A DNA stretch of 64,000 nt from an uncultured Porphyromonadaceae bacterium (GTDB lineage: Bacteria; Bacteroidota; Bacteroidia; Bacteroidales; UBA12481), in NCBI GenBank assembly GCA_964547475.1, contig CAZJNQ010000001.1, positions 2,795 to 66,794 of the forward strand, written 5' to 3'. Of the stretch, positions 38,742 to 48,203 are shown in pieces. The notes beneath the pieces are model-generated. The model saw only the letters and a program-made list of their open reading frames with translations, was not told the DNA's origin and made no database searches. The position numbers and the translations under genes were made by a program. Position 1 is the stretch's first letter. Every line of letters starts with the position of its first letter.

Positions 38742-40142
38742 ATGAATCAGAAAACCGCAATACCTAAAGGCACCCGTGATTTCGGACCCGTTCCGATGAT
38801 GCGGAGGAACTACATCTTCAATACTATCCGTTCGGTTTTTGAGCTTTACGGCTACCAGCCGATCGAAACCCCGGCCATGGAGACCCTTGAAACCCTGACC
38901 GGCAAATATGGTGACGAAAGCGACAAGCTGATCTTCAAGATCCTGAATTCAGGGGATTTTGCCGGAGGAATGGATCCTGACCTGTTAAGCCGTTGGATTA
39001 ATGAATCTGAAAAATCGGCAGAAATCAGCAGGCAAATTATTCCTCTGATTACTGAAAAAGCCCTCCGCTATGACCTGACCGTTCCATTTGCACGGTTCGT
39101 CGTCCAGCATCGCGACGAAATCTCTTTTCCTTTCAAGCGCTATCAGATCCAGCCGGTCTGGAGGGCCGACCGGCCCCAGAAAGGACGTTACCGGGAGTTC
39201 TATCAGTGTGACGTTGACGTGATCGGTAGTGATTCCCTTCTCAATGAAGCCGAACTTATCCGGATGATCGACGAGGTTTTCCGGAGGCTGGGGATCCCGG
39301 CAACGATCAAGATCAATAACAGGAAAATCCTGGCCGGTTTGGCCGAGGCTGTCGGGATGGGTGAACATTTTCAGGAGATGACCCTTATCCTTGATAAGCT
39401 TGACAAGATAAGCCCTTCCGATCTGAAAGAGGAATGGATAGGGAAAGGTTTCCCCGAAGCGGCTTTTACATGCCTCTGGCCCGTGATATCACACAAAGGC
39501 ACAGACGTGGAGAAAATGCACAAGGCAAGTGACTTTTTAGTCTCCTCCGAAACCGGCAGGCTCGGCATCGAAGAAATCCAAACCCTGCTTAAACTGATTT
39601 CCTCTTTCGACCTGAAGGCGACTGTTGAACTCGACCTTTCACTCGCCAGGGGACTCAACTATTATACAGGAGCCATCATTGAAGTCAAGGCTGACAGGAT
39701 CTCGATGGGTTCCATTTGTGGCGGAGGCCGGTACGATGACCTTACGGGAATTTTCGGAATGCCCGGCATTTCGGGAGTGGGAGTCTCTTTCGGGGCTGAC
39801 CGGATCTATGATGTCCTGGACCAGACCGGTTCTTTTCCGGAGGTCACACGCACCACCACACAAGTCTTATTCCTTAATTTTAAAAACCCGGATCCTTCTG
39901 AATACCTGCCTTTTGCTGAGAAAATCAGGCAAGCGGGCTTGCGCACTGAAATCTTTCCGGATGCCATCAAAATCAGGAAACAGCTTCAGTATGCCGACAA
40001 CAACCATATCCCGTTCGTGATCATGATTGGGGATGAGGAATGGTTAAAAAGTACGGCCACAATAAAGAACATGCTTACAGGTAACCAAGAGACCGTTCCT
40101 CTCGCTGGTTTGACTGAACATCTTTGTCATTTGATAGGCTGA
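38742..40142 (+). CDS. hisS: Histidine--tRNA ligase
   Basis: 466 aa with class II motifs (GTRDF, FKRYQIQPVWRADRPQKGRYREFYQCD, GGGRYD) and a C-terminal anticodon-binding domain. Confidence 0.95.
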   Translation: MNQKTAIPKGTRDFGPVPMMRRNYIFNTIRSVFELYGYQPIETPAMETLETLTGKYGDESDKLIFKILNSGDFAGGMDPDLLSRWINESEKSAEISRQIIPLITEKALRYDLTVPFARFVVQHRDEISFPFKRYQIQPVWRADRPQKGRYREFYQCDVDVIGSDSLLNEAELIRMIDEVFRRLGIPATIKINNRKILAGLAEAVGMGEHFQEMTLILDKLDKISPSDLKEEWIGKGFPEAAFTCLWPVISHKGTDVEKMHKASDFLVSSETGRLGIEEIQTLLKLISSFDLKATVELDLSLARGLNYYTGAIIEVKADRISMGSICGGGRYDDLTGIFGMPGISGVGVSFGADRIYDVLDQTGSFPEVTRTTTQVLFLNFKNPDPSEYLPFAEKIRQAGLRTEIFPDAIKIRKQLQYADNNHIPFVIMIGDEEWLKSTATIKNMLTGNQETVPLAGLTEHLCHLIG

Positions 40143-40143
40143 T

Positions 40144-41640
40144 ATGAAGATCCACGAGATAAGTCCCAAACGGCTCACCATCAGGAGAATCCAGGAAATC
40201 CTTTCAATACCCCACCGGTTGGAATTATCAGAAGAAGCCCGCAAACGGATTGTCCGTTGCAGGGAATATCTCGACAGAAGGATAACCGTCAGAGAGGATC
40301 CGGTTTATGGGGTGACAACCGGTTTCGGGGCACTCCTTGACAAGACCATCCCTCTCAAGGATCTGAGAAAACTCCAGCTTAACCTGGTCCGGTCACATGC
40401 CTGCGGAACCGGTGGATATGTCCCGGAACCGATCATCCGGCTCATGCTGTTATTGAAAATCCAATCCTTATCCTACGGCCATTCAGGTGTTCAGTTATTC
40501 ACGGTTCTCCGTTTGATCGATTTTTTCAATGAAGATATCCTGCCCGTGGTTTATGACCAAGGTTCCCTCGGAGCCAGCGGAGATCTCGCACCTCTCGCTC
40601 ATCTGTCACTTCCCCTGATTGGGGAAGGTGAAGTCTGGCACAAGGGTACCCGTAAATCCGCCTCCGAGGTGTTGAGGCAATTCGGTTGGGATCCGGTAGA
40701 GCTCCAGCCCAAAGAGGGGCTGGCCCTGCTGAACGGGACGCAGTTCATGAGCGCCTATGGCATCTGGTGCCTCATTCGCGGACACCGGCTTTACGGTTGG
40801 TCTAACCTGATCGGAGCCCTTTCACTGGATGCATTTGATGGCCGAGTGGAACCATTTGATCCGATGGTCCACGCGGTCAGGCCCCATCCCGGCCAGGTTG
40901 AAACTGCCCGCAATATCATGGACATTCTGTCGGGCAGCGGTATAATGAAAAAAAATAAGAACCAGGTTCAGGATCCTTACTCTTTCCGTTGCATTCCCCA
41001 GGTTCACGGGGCTACAAAAGATGCCCTGGATTATGCCTCATCGGTATTCTCATTGGAAATAAATTCCGTGACGGATAATCCCACGATTTTTCCGGAACAG
41101 GACAAAATCATCTCAGCTGGCAATTTCCACGGTCAGCCGCTGGCTCTTGCCTTTGACCTGATGGGAATCGCCCTGGCAGAGCTTGGGAATATCTCTGAAA
41201 GAAGAACATACCAGCTGCTCTCTGGAAAACGGGGACTTCCTGCCTTTCTGGCTTGCGATCCGGGATTGAATTCAGGCCTGATGATTCCCCAGTATGCGGC
41301 AGCTTCGCTGGTGAGCCAGAACAAGCAATTGGCTACGCCCGCTTCGGTTGATTCAATTGAATCTTCGAACGGGCAGGAGGATCATGTGAGCATGGGAGCT
41401 AACGCGGCCACGAAAACGCTGCGAATTCTTGACAACCTGGCAAACATCCTGGGAATTGAATTGCTTAATGCCTCTCAGGCCTTGGAATTCAGAAGACCGG
41501 AGAAATCATCCGACAGGCTTGAAACAATGGTGTCCGCTTATCGCACAATCGTACCTTTTGTTCCGAAGGACATCGTTCTGCATCCCCTGATCAGGAAGTC
41601 TGCCGAATTCATCAATAGCCGGAGCCCTGAGGAGTTCTGA
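40144..41640 (+). CDS. hutH: Histidine ammonia-lyase
   Basis: 498 aa with the MIO-forming triad in GASGDLAPLAH. The selectivity dipeptide is SH (NLVRSHACG), as in HAL rather than TAL/PAL. Starts 1 nt after hisS. Confidence 0.88.
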   Translation: MKIHEISPKRLTIRRIQEILSIPHRLELSEEARKRIVRCREYLDRRITVREDPVYGVTTGFGALLDKTIPLKDLRKLQLNLVRSHACGTGGYVPEPIIRLMLLLKIQSLSYGHSGVQLFTVLRLIDFFNEDILPVVYDQGSLGASGDLAPLAHLSLPLIGEGEVWHKGTRKSASEVLRQFGWDPVELQPKEGLALLNGTQFMSAYGIWCLIRGHRLYGWSNLIGALSLDAFDGRVEPFDPMVHAVRPHPGQVETARNIMDILSGSGIMKKNKNQVQDPYSFRCIPQVHGATKDALDYASSVFSLEINSVTDNPTIFPEQDKIISAGNFHGQPLALAFDLMGIALAELGNISERRTYQLLSGKRGLPAFLACDPGLNSGLMIPQYAAASLVSQNKQLATPASVDSIESSNGQEDHVSMGANAATKTLRILDNLANILGIELLNASQALEFRRPEKSSDRLETMVSAYRTIVPFVPKDIVLHPLIRKSAEFINSRSPEEF

Positions 41641-42124
41641 GCTGCTGGCGGCCCGTTCCTTTGGGATTCTCACCAGGAGGATGGCCTTCCCGTATCCGGT
41701 TAAGCATATGATTCAGGAACTCCTGTTCAACCCGGTGCAGGGTCAGAACCTTCCGCACAGGCAACACCTCGCGTATCTTCAGGAAAAAATCCTTTTTTAA
41801 CTGGGACAGCTTGATCTCCTGATCGAGCAGGTCATTCAGCATCATGTCAAGATCCTGATCCGTGGCTTCATTAAAACTACCATCCTTCTGCATCTTTTCA
41901 CGCCTTCCCCTGATCAGCTCTTCCCTTTGCTTCTGATATTCATTGTATATCGGCCAGAATTTCTGAGCTTCATCAACGGTGAGATCCAGCTTGTCAGTCA
42001 GAAAGGAAACCCTTTCAGCCTGCATTCTTTCCATTGCCTCCTGAAAGCCGGAGCGTTTCTCCTGTCCGTTGGCCGTGAGGGTTGACAGGAGGAAGATCAA
42101 TACTATCCATTTTAGCGATTTCAT
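41612..42124 (-). CDS. Periplasmic helical protein (Spy/CpxP-like), third gene of the ECF sigma operon
   Basis: The ATG at 42124 gives the signal peptide MKSLKWIVLIFLLSTLTANG. Helical Lys/Glu/Gln-rich body with LDLTVDEAQKFWPIYNEY. Confidence 0.5.
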   Translation of the reverse strand: MKSLKWIVLIFLLSTLTANGQEKRSGFQEAMERMQAERVSFLTDKLDLTVDEAQKFWPIYNEYQKQREELIRGRREKMQKDGSFNEATDQDLDMMLNDLLDQEIKLSQLKKDFFLKIREVLPVRKVLTLHRVEQEFLNHMLNRIREGHPPGENPKGTGRQQLRTPQGSGY

Positions 42125-42134
42125 GATACTTGAT

Positions 42135-42578
42135 TTAATGATCCAACGATTCATAAACAGCTTCTTCCGTTATGACAGGCTCGAGCGAAATCAGGTTGTT
42201 GTAATCGACTCCCGGTTGATCCCCGGTCAGCTCAATCTGATTCTCCTCAATATAGTTTGCCAATTGGTCTTCATGCAGCTCTCCCGCGTAAAAATCAACA
42301 AAGAGGGCGACTTGTTCCTGAAACAGGTTCTCCTGTTGGGGCTTCAGGTAGAAGTTCCGGAAACCAAACCAGCCCACGACAAGGAGGGCTGCCACGCCTG
42401 ACACCCAGACCATCCAGGGTTTTATTATCCTTTTATTCTGAAAGGGTATTCTGTCAGGTTGACGGGTAATCCGACGCAGGATCCGGTCGGCCAGAGTGTC
42501 AAAATAGTCCTCCGGCACCCGGTAAGGATTTTTGTTGAATCCTTCTTTCTCCCATGAAAAACGATCTTCACTCATCAT
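42135..42578 (-). CDS. Putative anti-sigma factor (single-pass membrane protein)
   Basis: 147 aa with one TM helix (WMVWVSGVAALLVVGWFGF). Lies directly downstream of the ECF sigma gene. Confidence 0.55.
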   Translation of the reverse strand: MMSEDRFSWEKEGFNKNPYRVPEDYFDTLADRILRRITRQPDRIPFQNKRIIKPWMVWVSGVAALLVVGWFGFRNFYLKPQQENLFQEQVALFVDFYAGELHEDQLANYIEENQIELTGDQPGVDYNNLISLEPVITEEAVYESLDH

Positions 42579-42619
42579 TCAGATCTCCCTGATTATAGAC
42601 GATCACCCATGCCAAGGGT

Positions 42620-43177
42620 TTAATCCGACCGTACAAATGCTGCCTGTATTTTCCTGACTGCGTGATGAAAAGAGGCTTTCATCGCCCCAACGGATGTCTT
42701 CAGCACAACTGACATGTCTTCATAGGTCATATCATCAAAATACTTCATCCTGAAAACCATCTGCTGCTTGGGCGGCAAACGGGCGATCAGGACCTGGAGT
42801 TTGGCAAAAAGCTCGTCCCCGTCATAGTAAGGATCGGATTTGAACCGGTTCTTGATCAGGTCTTCCGGGTCATCCGCCAGCAGTGCCCGTTCTCGCTGCC
42901 TGCTTTTCAGGAAAGTGATGGCTTCATTGGAAGCGATCCTGTACATCCAGGTATACAAACCTGATGATTCCCGGAAGCCGGGTAATCCGTTCCAGATCTT
43001 GATCATGGTGTTCTGAAGCACATCATCCGCATCCTCATGAATACAAACCAGGCGACGGATATGCCAGTACAGTTTCTCCTGATAACCGGCCAGGATCAGC
43101 CTGAAGGCCCGTTCCCGCTGATGCGGATCACGGAACATGCTGATCAGTTCGGTATCGCTGGGCGTGTTATTGATCAC
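42620..43177 (-). CDS. ECF-type RNA polymerase sigma-70 factor
   Basis: 185 aa with region 2 (DADDVLQNTMIKIW...FRESSGLYTWMYRIASN) and the region 4 HTH (MTYEDMSVVLKTSVGAMKASFHHAVRKI). Confidence 0.9.
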   Translation of the reverse strand: MINNTPSDTELISMFRDPHQRERAFRLILAGYQEKLYWHIRRLVCIHEDADDVLQNTMIKIWNGLPGFRESSGLYTWMYRIASNEAITFLKSRQRERALLADDPEDLIKNRFKSDPYYDGDELFAKLQVLIARLPPKQQMVFRMKYFDDMTYEDMSVVLKTSVGAMKASFHHAVRKIQAAFVRSD

Positions 43178-43216
43178 GATACAATCTTTCCGTTGCGGAA
43201 AACCAACCTTCGGTCG

Positions 43217-45265
43217 TCAAGCTTTGAAACGGGCCAGCAGGCGAAGAACCTGTCTGACCACATTCGCAGGCGTAAATCCGAATTTTCTGTCCAACACCTC
43301 AGCCGGGGCGGAATAGCCGAAATGGTCGAGCCCCCATACCATTCCCAAGGTGCCGGACAAAGACTCGAGAGTGACCGGCAGTCCCGCTGTCAGTCCGAAT
43401 ACCGGGATTCCGGGAGGGATCACCTCGTCGCGGTAAGATGATTTCTGCTGCCTGAAAAGGGACTCGGACGGAACTGAAACAACCTGGGTACAAACTCCGT
43501 GTTTCTTCTCCAGGATTCCGGAAGCCTCCACCAGGGTTGACACTTCAGAACCGTTTCCGATGAGGATCACACCGGGATGTTCACCGGCTTTCTTCACGAC
43601 ATAAGCCCCTTTTGCAGCCTGGGCGGCCTCTGTCAGCCGCTTGCCTCCGGCTCCCGCCGGGAGATCTCTGATGTTCTGCCTTGAAAGCAATAATGCTGTG
43701 GGTGTCCTACGATTAGCCAGTGCCATCTTCCACGAAACGACGGTTTCGGCCGAATCGCAGGGCCTGAGAACCAGCATGGAAGGCCGGCCGGAATGATTCT
43801 TCAGCTTTTCCATGAGGCGGATCTGTGCTTCCTGCTCGACCGGCTGATGGGTGGGACCATCTTCTCCCACCCGGAAGGCATCATGTGTCCACAGATATAC
43901 AACAGGCAACTCCATCAAGGCAGCCATCCTGACGGCCGGTTTCATATAATCGGAGAAAACAAAAAAGGTTCCGCACACCGGAATGACACCTCCATGCAAA
44001 GCCATTCCGTTGGCCAGGGCTCCCATGGTCAGCTCTGAAACACCAACATGCAGGAACTTTCCTGTAAAATCATGGTACCCGAAAGGTTTGGTTTTCTTTA
44101 AATAACCATCTGTCTTGTCGGAATTAGCCAGATCGGCTGACATGACCACGAGGTTGTCGACCGAATCCGCGAGTGAAGAGAGCACCACTCCCGAGGCTTC
44201 ACGGGTAGACAGGCCGGGCTTGAAGGCTATGTGATTCCAGTTGATAGGAACTTGCCTGCCGGCAAGCCACCGGTCGAGCAATTGCGCTTTCTCCGGATTT
44301 CCGCACCGCCAGGCTTTCTCTGATGTTTTTTGTTCTGCCGCTTTATCCTTTTTGGCTGTCAGAACCTTTTGATAATAGGTTTTCACCTCGTCAGGAATAA
44401 GGAAAGGATCGGCCGGATTTCCGCCCAGGTTTATCACTGTTTTCTCGAAGGAAGCGCCAGCTTTTGAGATAGGCTGTCCATGGGTGGAACTCTTGCCTTC
44501 AAATGAAGTGCCGTCAGCCGTGACACACCCGATCCCCATCAGCGTTTTCCCTATGATCAGGACAGGTTTCTCCTGCTCGCTCACAGCCTCAGTCAAAGCC
44601 AGGCGTATTTCCTCCGCGTCATTCCCATTGATGGTAAGGACCTTCCATCCCCAGGAAGCATATTTGGCAGCAGTATCCTCGCGCGTTACCGCCCGGGTTT
44701 CGGTCGAAAGCTGAATCCCATTCGAATCATAGAACATGATGAGGTTGTTCAATCCGAGATAGCCCGCTATCCTGCCTGCACCCTGGGAAATCTCTTCCTG
44801 GATACCGCCATCGGATATGAATGTGTAGATCTTGTGCGCCGTCCATTCACCAAACCGTTCGGACAAAAAACGCCCGGCAATTGCAGCACCGATGGCGATG
44901 GCGTGTCCCTGCCCCAGGGGTCCGCTTGTATTTTCTATCCCTCTTTCCAAATCAACCTCCGGATGACCCGGCGTAGGACTTTTCCATTGCCGGAATTGCC
45001 TGATTTCATCAATCGAGTAAAATCCGCACAGGGTCAGGACCGAATAGAGCATCGGCGACATGTGACCAGGATCCAGGAAGAACCGGTCGCGGAATGGCCA
45101 CCGGCGATCCTCGGGATCAAACGTGAGAAATTCCGAAAACAGCACCTGGATGAAATCAGCTCCTCCCATCGCTCCGCCCGGATGGCCCGATTTGGCTTTT
45201 TCCACCATCGATGCAGACAAAATACGGATCGTATCGGCCGATCGTCTTGCAATGTCATTGTTCAT
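43217..45265 (-). CDS. tkt: Transketolase
   Basis: The ATG at 45265 (MNNDIARRSADTIR) is preferred over the start at 45310. Motifs: SGHPGGAMG, GPLGQG, GEDGPTHQPVE. Confidence 0.93.
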   Translation of the reverse strand: MNNDIARRSADTIRILSASMVEKAKSGHPGGAMGGADFIQVLFSEFLTFDPEDRRWPFRDRFFLDPGHMSPMLYSVLTLCGFYSIDEIRQFRQWKSPTPGHPEVDLERGIENTSGPLGQGHAIAIGAAIAGRFLSERFGEWTAHKIYTFISDGGIQEEISQGAGRIAGYLGLNNLIMFYDSNGIQLSTETRAVTREDTAAKYASWGWKVLTINGNDAEEIRLALTEAVSEQEKPVLIIGKTLMGIGCVTADGTSFEGKSSTHGQPISKAGASFEKTVINLGGNPADPFLIPDEVKTYYQKVLTAKKDKAAEQKTSEKAWRCGNPEKAQLLDRWLAGRQVPINWNHIAFKPGLSTREASGVVLSSLADSVDNLVVMSADLANSDKTDGYLKKTKPFGYHDFTGKFLHVGVSELTMGALANGMALHGGVIPVCGTFFVFSDYMKPAVRMAALMELPVVYLWTHDAFRVGEDGPTHQPVEQEAQIRLMEKLKNHSGRPSMLVLRPCDSAETVVSWKMALANRRTPTALLLSRQNIRDLPAGAGGKRLTEAAQAAKGAYVVKKAGEHPGVILIGNGSEVSTLVEASGILEKKHGVCTQVVSVPSESLFRQQKSSYRDEVIPPGIPVFGLTAGLPVTLESLSGTLGMVWGLDHFGYSAPAEVLDRKFGFTPANVVRQVLRLLARFKA

Positions 45266-45316
45266 GGGCACCAATACTTTGAAATGAATGGAAAAGAACG
45301 AAAATAGCATTTTTTT

Positions 45317-45324
45317 TACCTTTG
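45317..45324 (+). promoter_or_regulatory. Candidate -7 box TACCTTTG upstream of ychF
   Basis: Matches TAnnTTTG. Lies 20 nt upstream of the ychF ATG (45344), in the 78-nt divergent spacer shared with tkt. Confidence 0.4.
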
Positions 45325-45343
45325 CTGCCTAACAGGATGCACC

Positions 45344-46441
45344 ATGAGCCTTAAATGCGGAATTATCGGGATTACCAATACAGGCAAATCCACCCTTTTC
45401 AACTGTATTTCTGAAACCCGAGCGGCAACCAGCAATTTCGCTTTCAGCACCAATAAATCCAACCTGGGGCAGGTCAAGGTTCCTGATGAACGGCTGTACC
45501 TGATTGACAAACTGATCCATTCAGCACGGATCGTTCACACCACGGTGGATATCACTGACATACCGGGGCTGACCAAAGGATCATCGAGAGGGGAAGGTGT
45601 CGGCAACAGCTTTCTGGCTGATATCCGGAATTGTGATGCCCTGATCCATGTAGTGCGATGCTTTGACGATCCCAACCTCCCCCATATCGAGACAACCGTT
45701 GATCCGGTGAGGGACCGGGAAACCATCGACCTGGAACTGCAGGTCAAGGACCTGGAGTCGATCGAAAAACGGATCACGAAGTTCGAGAAAGCGGCCAAAA
45801 CCGGGGAAAGATCCGTAATAAAAGGTTTGGAAGCGTGCCTGAAAATCCGTGCACAGCTTGAAAATTTCAGGAACGTCAGGGATTTGGCCCTGACCAGCGA
45901 AGAGGGGGGGCACGTTGCCGATCTATGCCTCTTGACTGCCAAACCGGTCATCTATGTTTGCAACGTGGACGAAAAATCAGCCGTTTCCGGAAATCACTAT
46001 TCAGCCAGATTCAAGGAATCCGTGAGCGGGGAAAAGGCTGAAGTGCTCATTATCGCGGCTAAGGCTGAGGCTGAGATTGCTGAACTCGAGTCGCCGGAGG
46101 ACCGCCTGGCCTTTCTATCAGAAATAGGCCTCGAGGAGCCGGGAGTGAACAAACTGATCCGGTCAGCCTTTTCAATTCTCAATCTCGAAGTGTTTTTTAC
46201 AGCCGGACCTAAAGAGGTCAGGGCCTGGACCATCCGCAAGGGCTCAACGGCTCCGGTAGCTGCCGGAGTCATACATTCCGACCTTGAGCGGGGCTTTATC
46301 CGTGCGGAGGTGATGAAATACAGCGATTTTATTTTCCTGGGATCGGAAGCAGCCTGCCGGGATGCAGGAAAACTGCTCATCGAAGGGAAAAACTATATTG
46401 TCAAAGACGGGGATATCCTTCACATTCGTTTTAATGTTTAA
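45344..46441 (+). CDS. ychF: Redox-regulated ATPase YchF
   Basis: 365 aa with GIIGITNTGKSTLFN and the C-terminal TGS-like region (RAWTI.KG..AP.AAG.IH.D.E.GFI.AEV). Confidence 0.93.
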   Translation: MSLKCGIIGITNTGKSTLFNCISETRAATSNFAFSTNKSNLGQVKVPDERLYLIDKLIHSARIVHTTVDITDIPGLTKGSSRGEGVGNSFLADIRNCDALIHVVRCFDDPNLPHIETTVDPVRDRETIDLELQVKDLESIEKRITKFEKAAKTGERSVIKGLEACLKIRAQLENFRNVRDLALTSEEGGHVADLCLLTAKPVIYVCNVDEKSAVSGNHYSARFKESVSGEKAEVLIIAAKAEAEIAELESPEDRLAFLSEIGLEEPGVNKLIRSAFSILNLEVFFTAGPKEVRAWTIRKGSTAPVAAGVIHSDLERGFIRAEVMKYSDFIFLGSEAACRDAGKLLIEGKNYIVKDGDILHIRFNV

Positions 46442-46456
46442 CCTACAGGGTCAGTC

Positions 46457-48106
46457 ATGCGCAAGTTCTTTCGGAACATCGTCATCATAGTATTCACAGT
46501 AAGCCGGTTCAATGCACTTGCAGCCCAGCAGTACCTTGCCCAGGATCCGCCGGTCCTGATCGTTGGGATTGTTGTCGACGGACTTCGATACGATTGGATC
46601 GGACGCTATTGGAACCTGTTCAGCGAGGGAGGCATTAAAAAGCTCATCCGTCAGGGAACTGAATATTCCAATGCCACCGTTCCTTTTCTCCTGGCTGACC
46701 AGGCATCTTCCTCGGCATCGATCTCAACCGGGGCGCCGCCGTCGCTCCATGGCATCATATCAGAACAATGGTACGACCGGCTCAGGAAAGAAGAGGTTCA
46801 TTGCACCCGGGATTTTCTCTATAAAACCATCGGTACCGGTAATGGAAACGGAAAGCACTCGGCCAGTCGCCTGCTGGCTCCCTCCATCGGCGACCGGATG
46901 ATCCTCGCCTCTGATTATAAAAGCAAAGTCGTCTCGGTTTCCCTCCGACCGGAATCGGCGATATTATTATGCGGACATCTTCCGGGATCAGCCTACTGGT
47001 TCGATACGCAGTCGGGTTACTGGGTGACCAGTTCGCAATACGCCAATAGCCTGCCTGCCTGGGTTTCCGATTTTAACCAGCGGAACAGCTCAGGTCATTA
47101 CCTCACGCGCGACTGGGAACTCCTCCTGGCTGATAACCTCTATTACGGTTGCCCGCCGGACGATAATGATCTGGAATCAGGATATTATAGCCAATACAAG
47201 ACCTTTCCCTACAAGCTCAGTAAAATCCGTAAAGAGAGCCTTGGCCAGGACAGCGAGGTTCTTACCCTCGTTCCTTTCGGAAATTCACTGACCACCGATT
47301 TTTCGATTTCAGCTATCCGGGAAGAGAAACTGGGAACGGACAATTACACGGATATCCTCTGGATCAGCTACACAGCCATCCAGGAAATAACCAACAGGTT
47401 CGGACCCGATTCCAGGGAAGTGGCAGACGCTCTTCTCCGGCTGGATATCGACATCCAGCGGTTGCTTTACCAGATAGAAGAAGTTGCTGGCAAGGACAGG
47501 TACCTGGTCGTGCTGACTTCAACTCATGGATCAGCAATGAATCCTGAGTATGCCCGTGCCTTAAACCTGCCGGGAGGATTTTTCAGGTACCGTAACGCCA
47601 TCGCTTTGCTGAACTCTTATCTAATTGCTGTTTACGGAGAAGGAACCTGGATTGAGAGCTATGTCAATCATCAGGTCTATCTGAATGAGACACTGATAGA
47701 GCAAAAGAAAGTCCCTTTTACCGAGATCCAGGATGTCTGTGCCCGTTTCCTGACGCACTTTGAAGGAGTGGCCCGTGCCGTCCCGTCCGACCGGCTATTG
47801 TCGGGACAAATAACCAGCCCATGGGACAACCTGATTCAGAATTCATTCAATCCGGATCGCACGGGCGACCTGCTGGTTATCCTCCAGCCAGGCTGGATTG
47901 AGGATAATAACAATGACAGTGAATCAGGATCACCCTATGCTTATGACACAAGGGTCCCACTGATTTGGTACGGTTGGAAAATTCCCCGCCAGACTGTCAG
48001 CTTGCCCGTGTCAATCCTTGATATTGCTCCCACCCTGGCCCATATCCTGAAGCTTTCGCCACCTGATGCGGCGACAGGTAAGAACCTGACAGAAATCCAG
48101 AAGTGA
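46457..48106 (+). CDS. Alkaline phosphatase superfamily protein (nucleotide pyrophosphatase/phosphodiesterase-like)
   Basis: 549 aa with a signal peptide, VVDGLRYDW near the N-terminus and TSTHGS later. This is the AP-superfamily metal-site pattern. Confidence 0.7.
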   Translation: MRKFFRNIVIIVFTVSRFNALAAQQYLAQDPPVLIVGIVVDGLRYDWIGRYWNLFSEGGIKKLIRQGTEYSNATVPFLLADQASSSASISTGAPPSLHGIISEQWYDRLRKEEVHCTRDFLYKTIGTGNGNGKHSASRLLAPSIGDRMILASDYKSKVVSVSLRPESAILLCGHLPGSAYWFDTQSGYWVTSSQYANSLPAWVSDFNQRNSSGHYLTRDWELLLADNLYYGCPPDDNDLESGYYSQYKTFPYKLSKIRKESLGQDSEVLTLVPFGNSLTTDFSISAIREEKLGTDNYTDILWISYTAIQEITNRFGPDSREVADALLRLDIDIQRLLYQIEEVAGKDRYLVVLTSTHGSAMNPEYARALNLPGGFFRYRNAIALLNSYLIAVYGEGTWIESYVNHQVYLNETLIEQKKVPFTEIQDVCARFLTHFEGVARAVPSDRLLSGQITSPWDNLIQNSFNPDRTGDLLVILQPGWIEDNNNDSESGSPYAYDTRVPLIWYGWKIPRQTVSLPVSILDIAPTLAHILKLSPPDAATGKNLTEIQK

Positions 48107-48203
48107 CAGTTGATCATAAAGCATTTTTAAATCCCATTGTTGGAATCGCTTCCCTTGTACGGAATTTCGGCAATCATGAAAACCGTTATTTTTACAAACT
48201 TTA

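Noticed and set aside
40144-41640. HAL-family gene as a tyrosine/phenylalanine ammonia-lyase or aminomutase for pigment biosynthesis
   Set aside because: The selectivity dipeptide reads Ser-His (NLVRSHACG), as in histidine ammonia-lyases, not His-Leu (TAL) or Phe-Leu (PAL). No polyketide or flexirubin genes are nearby.
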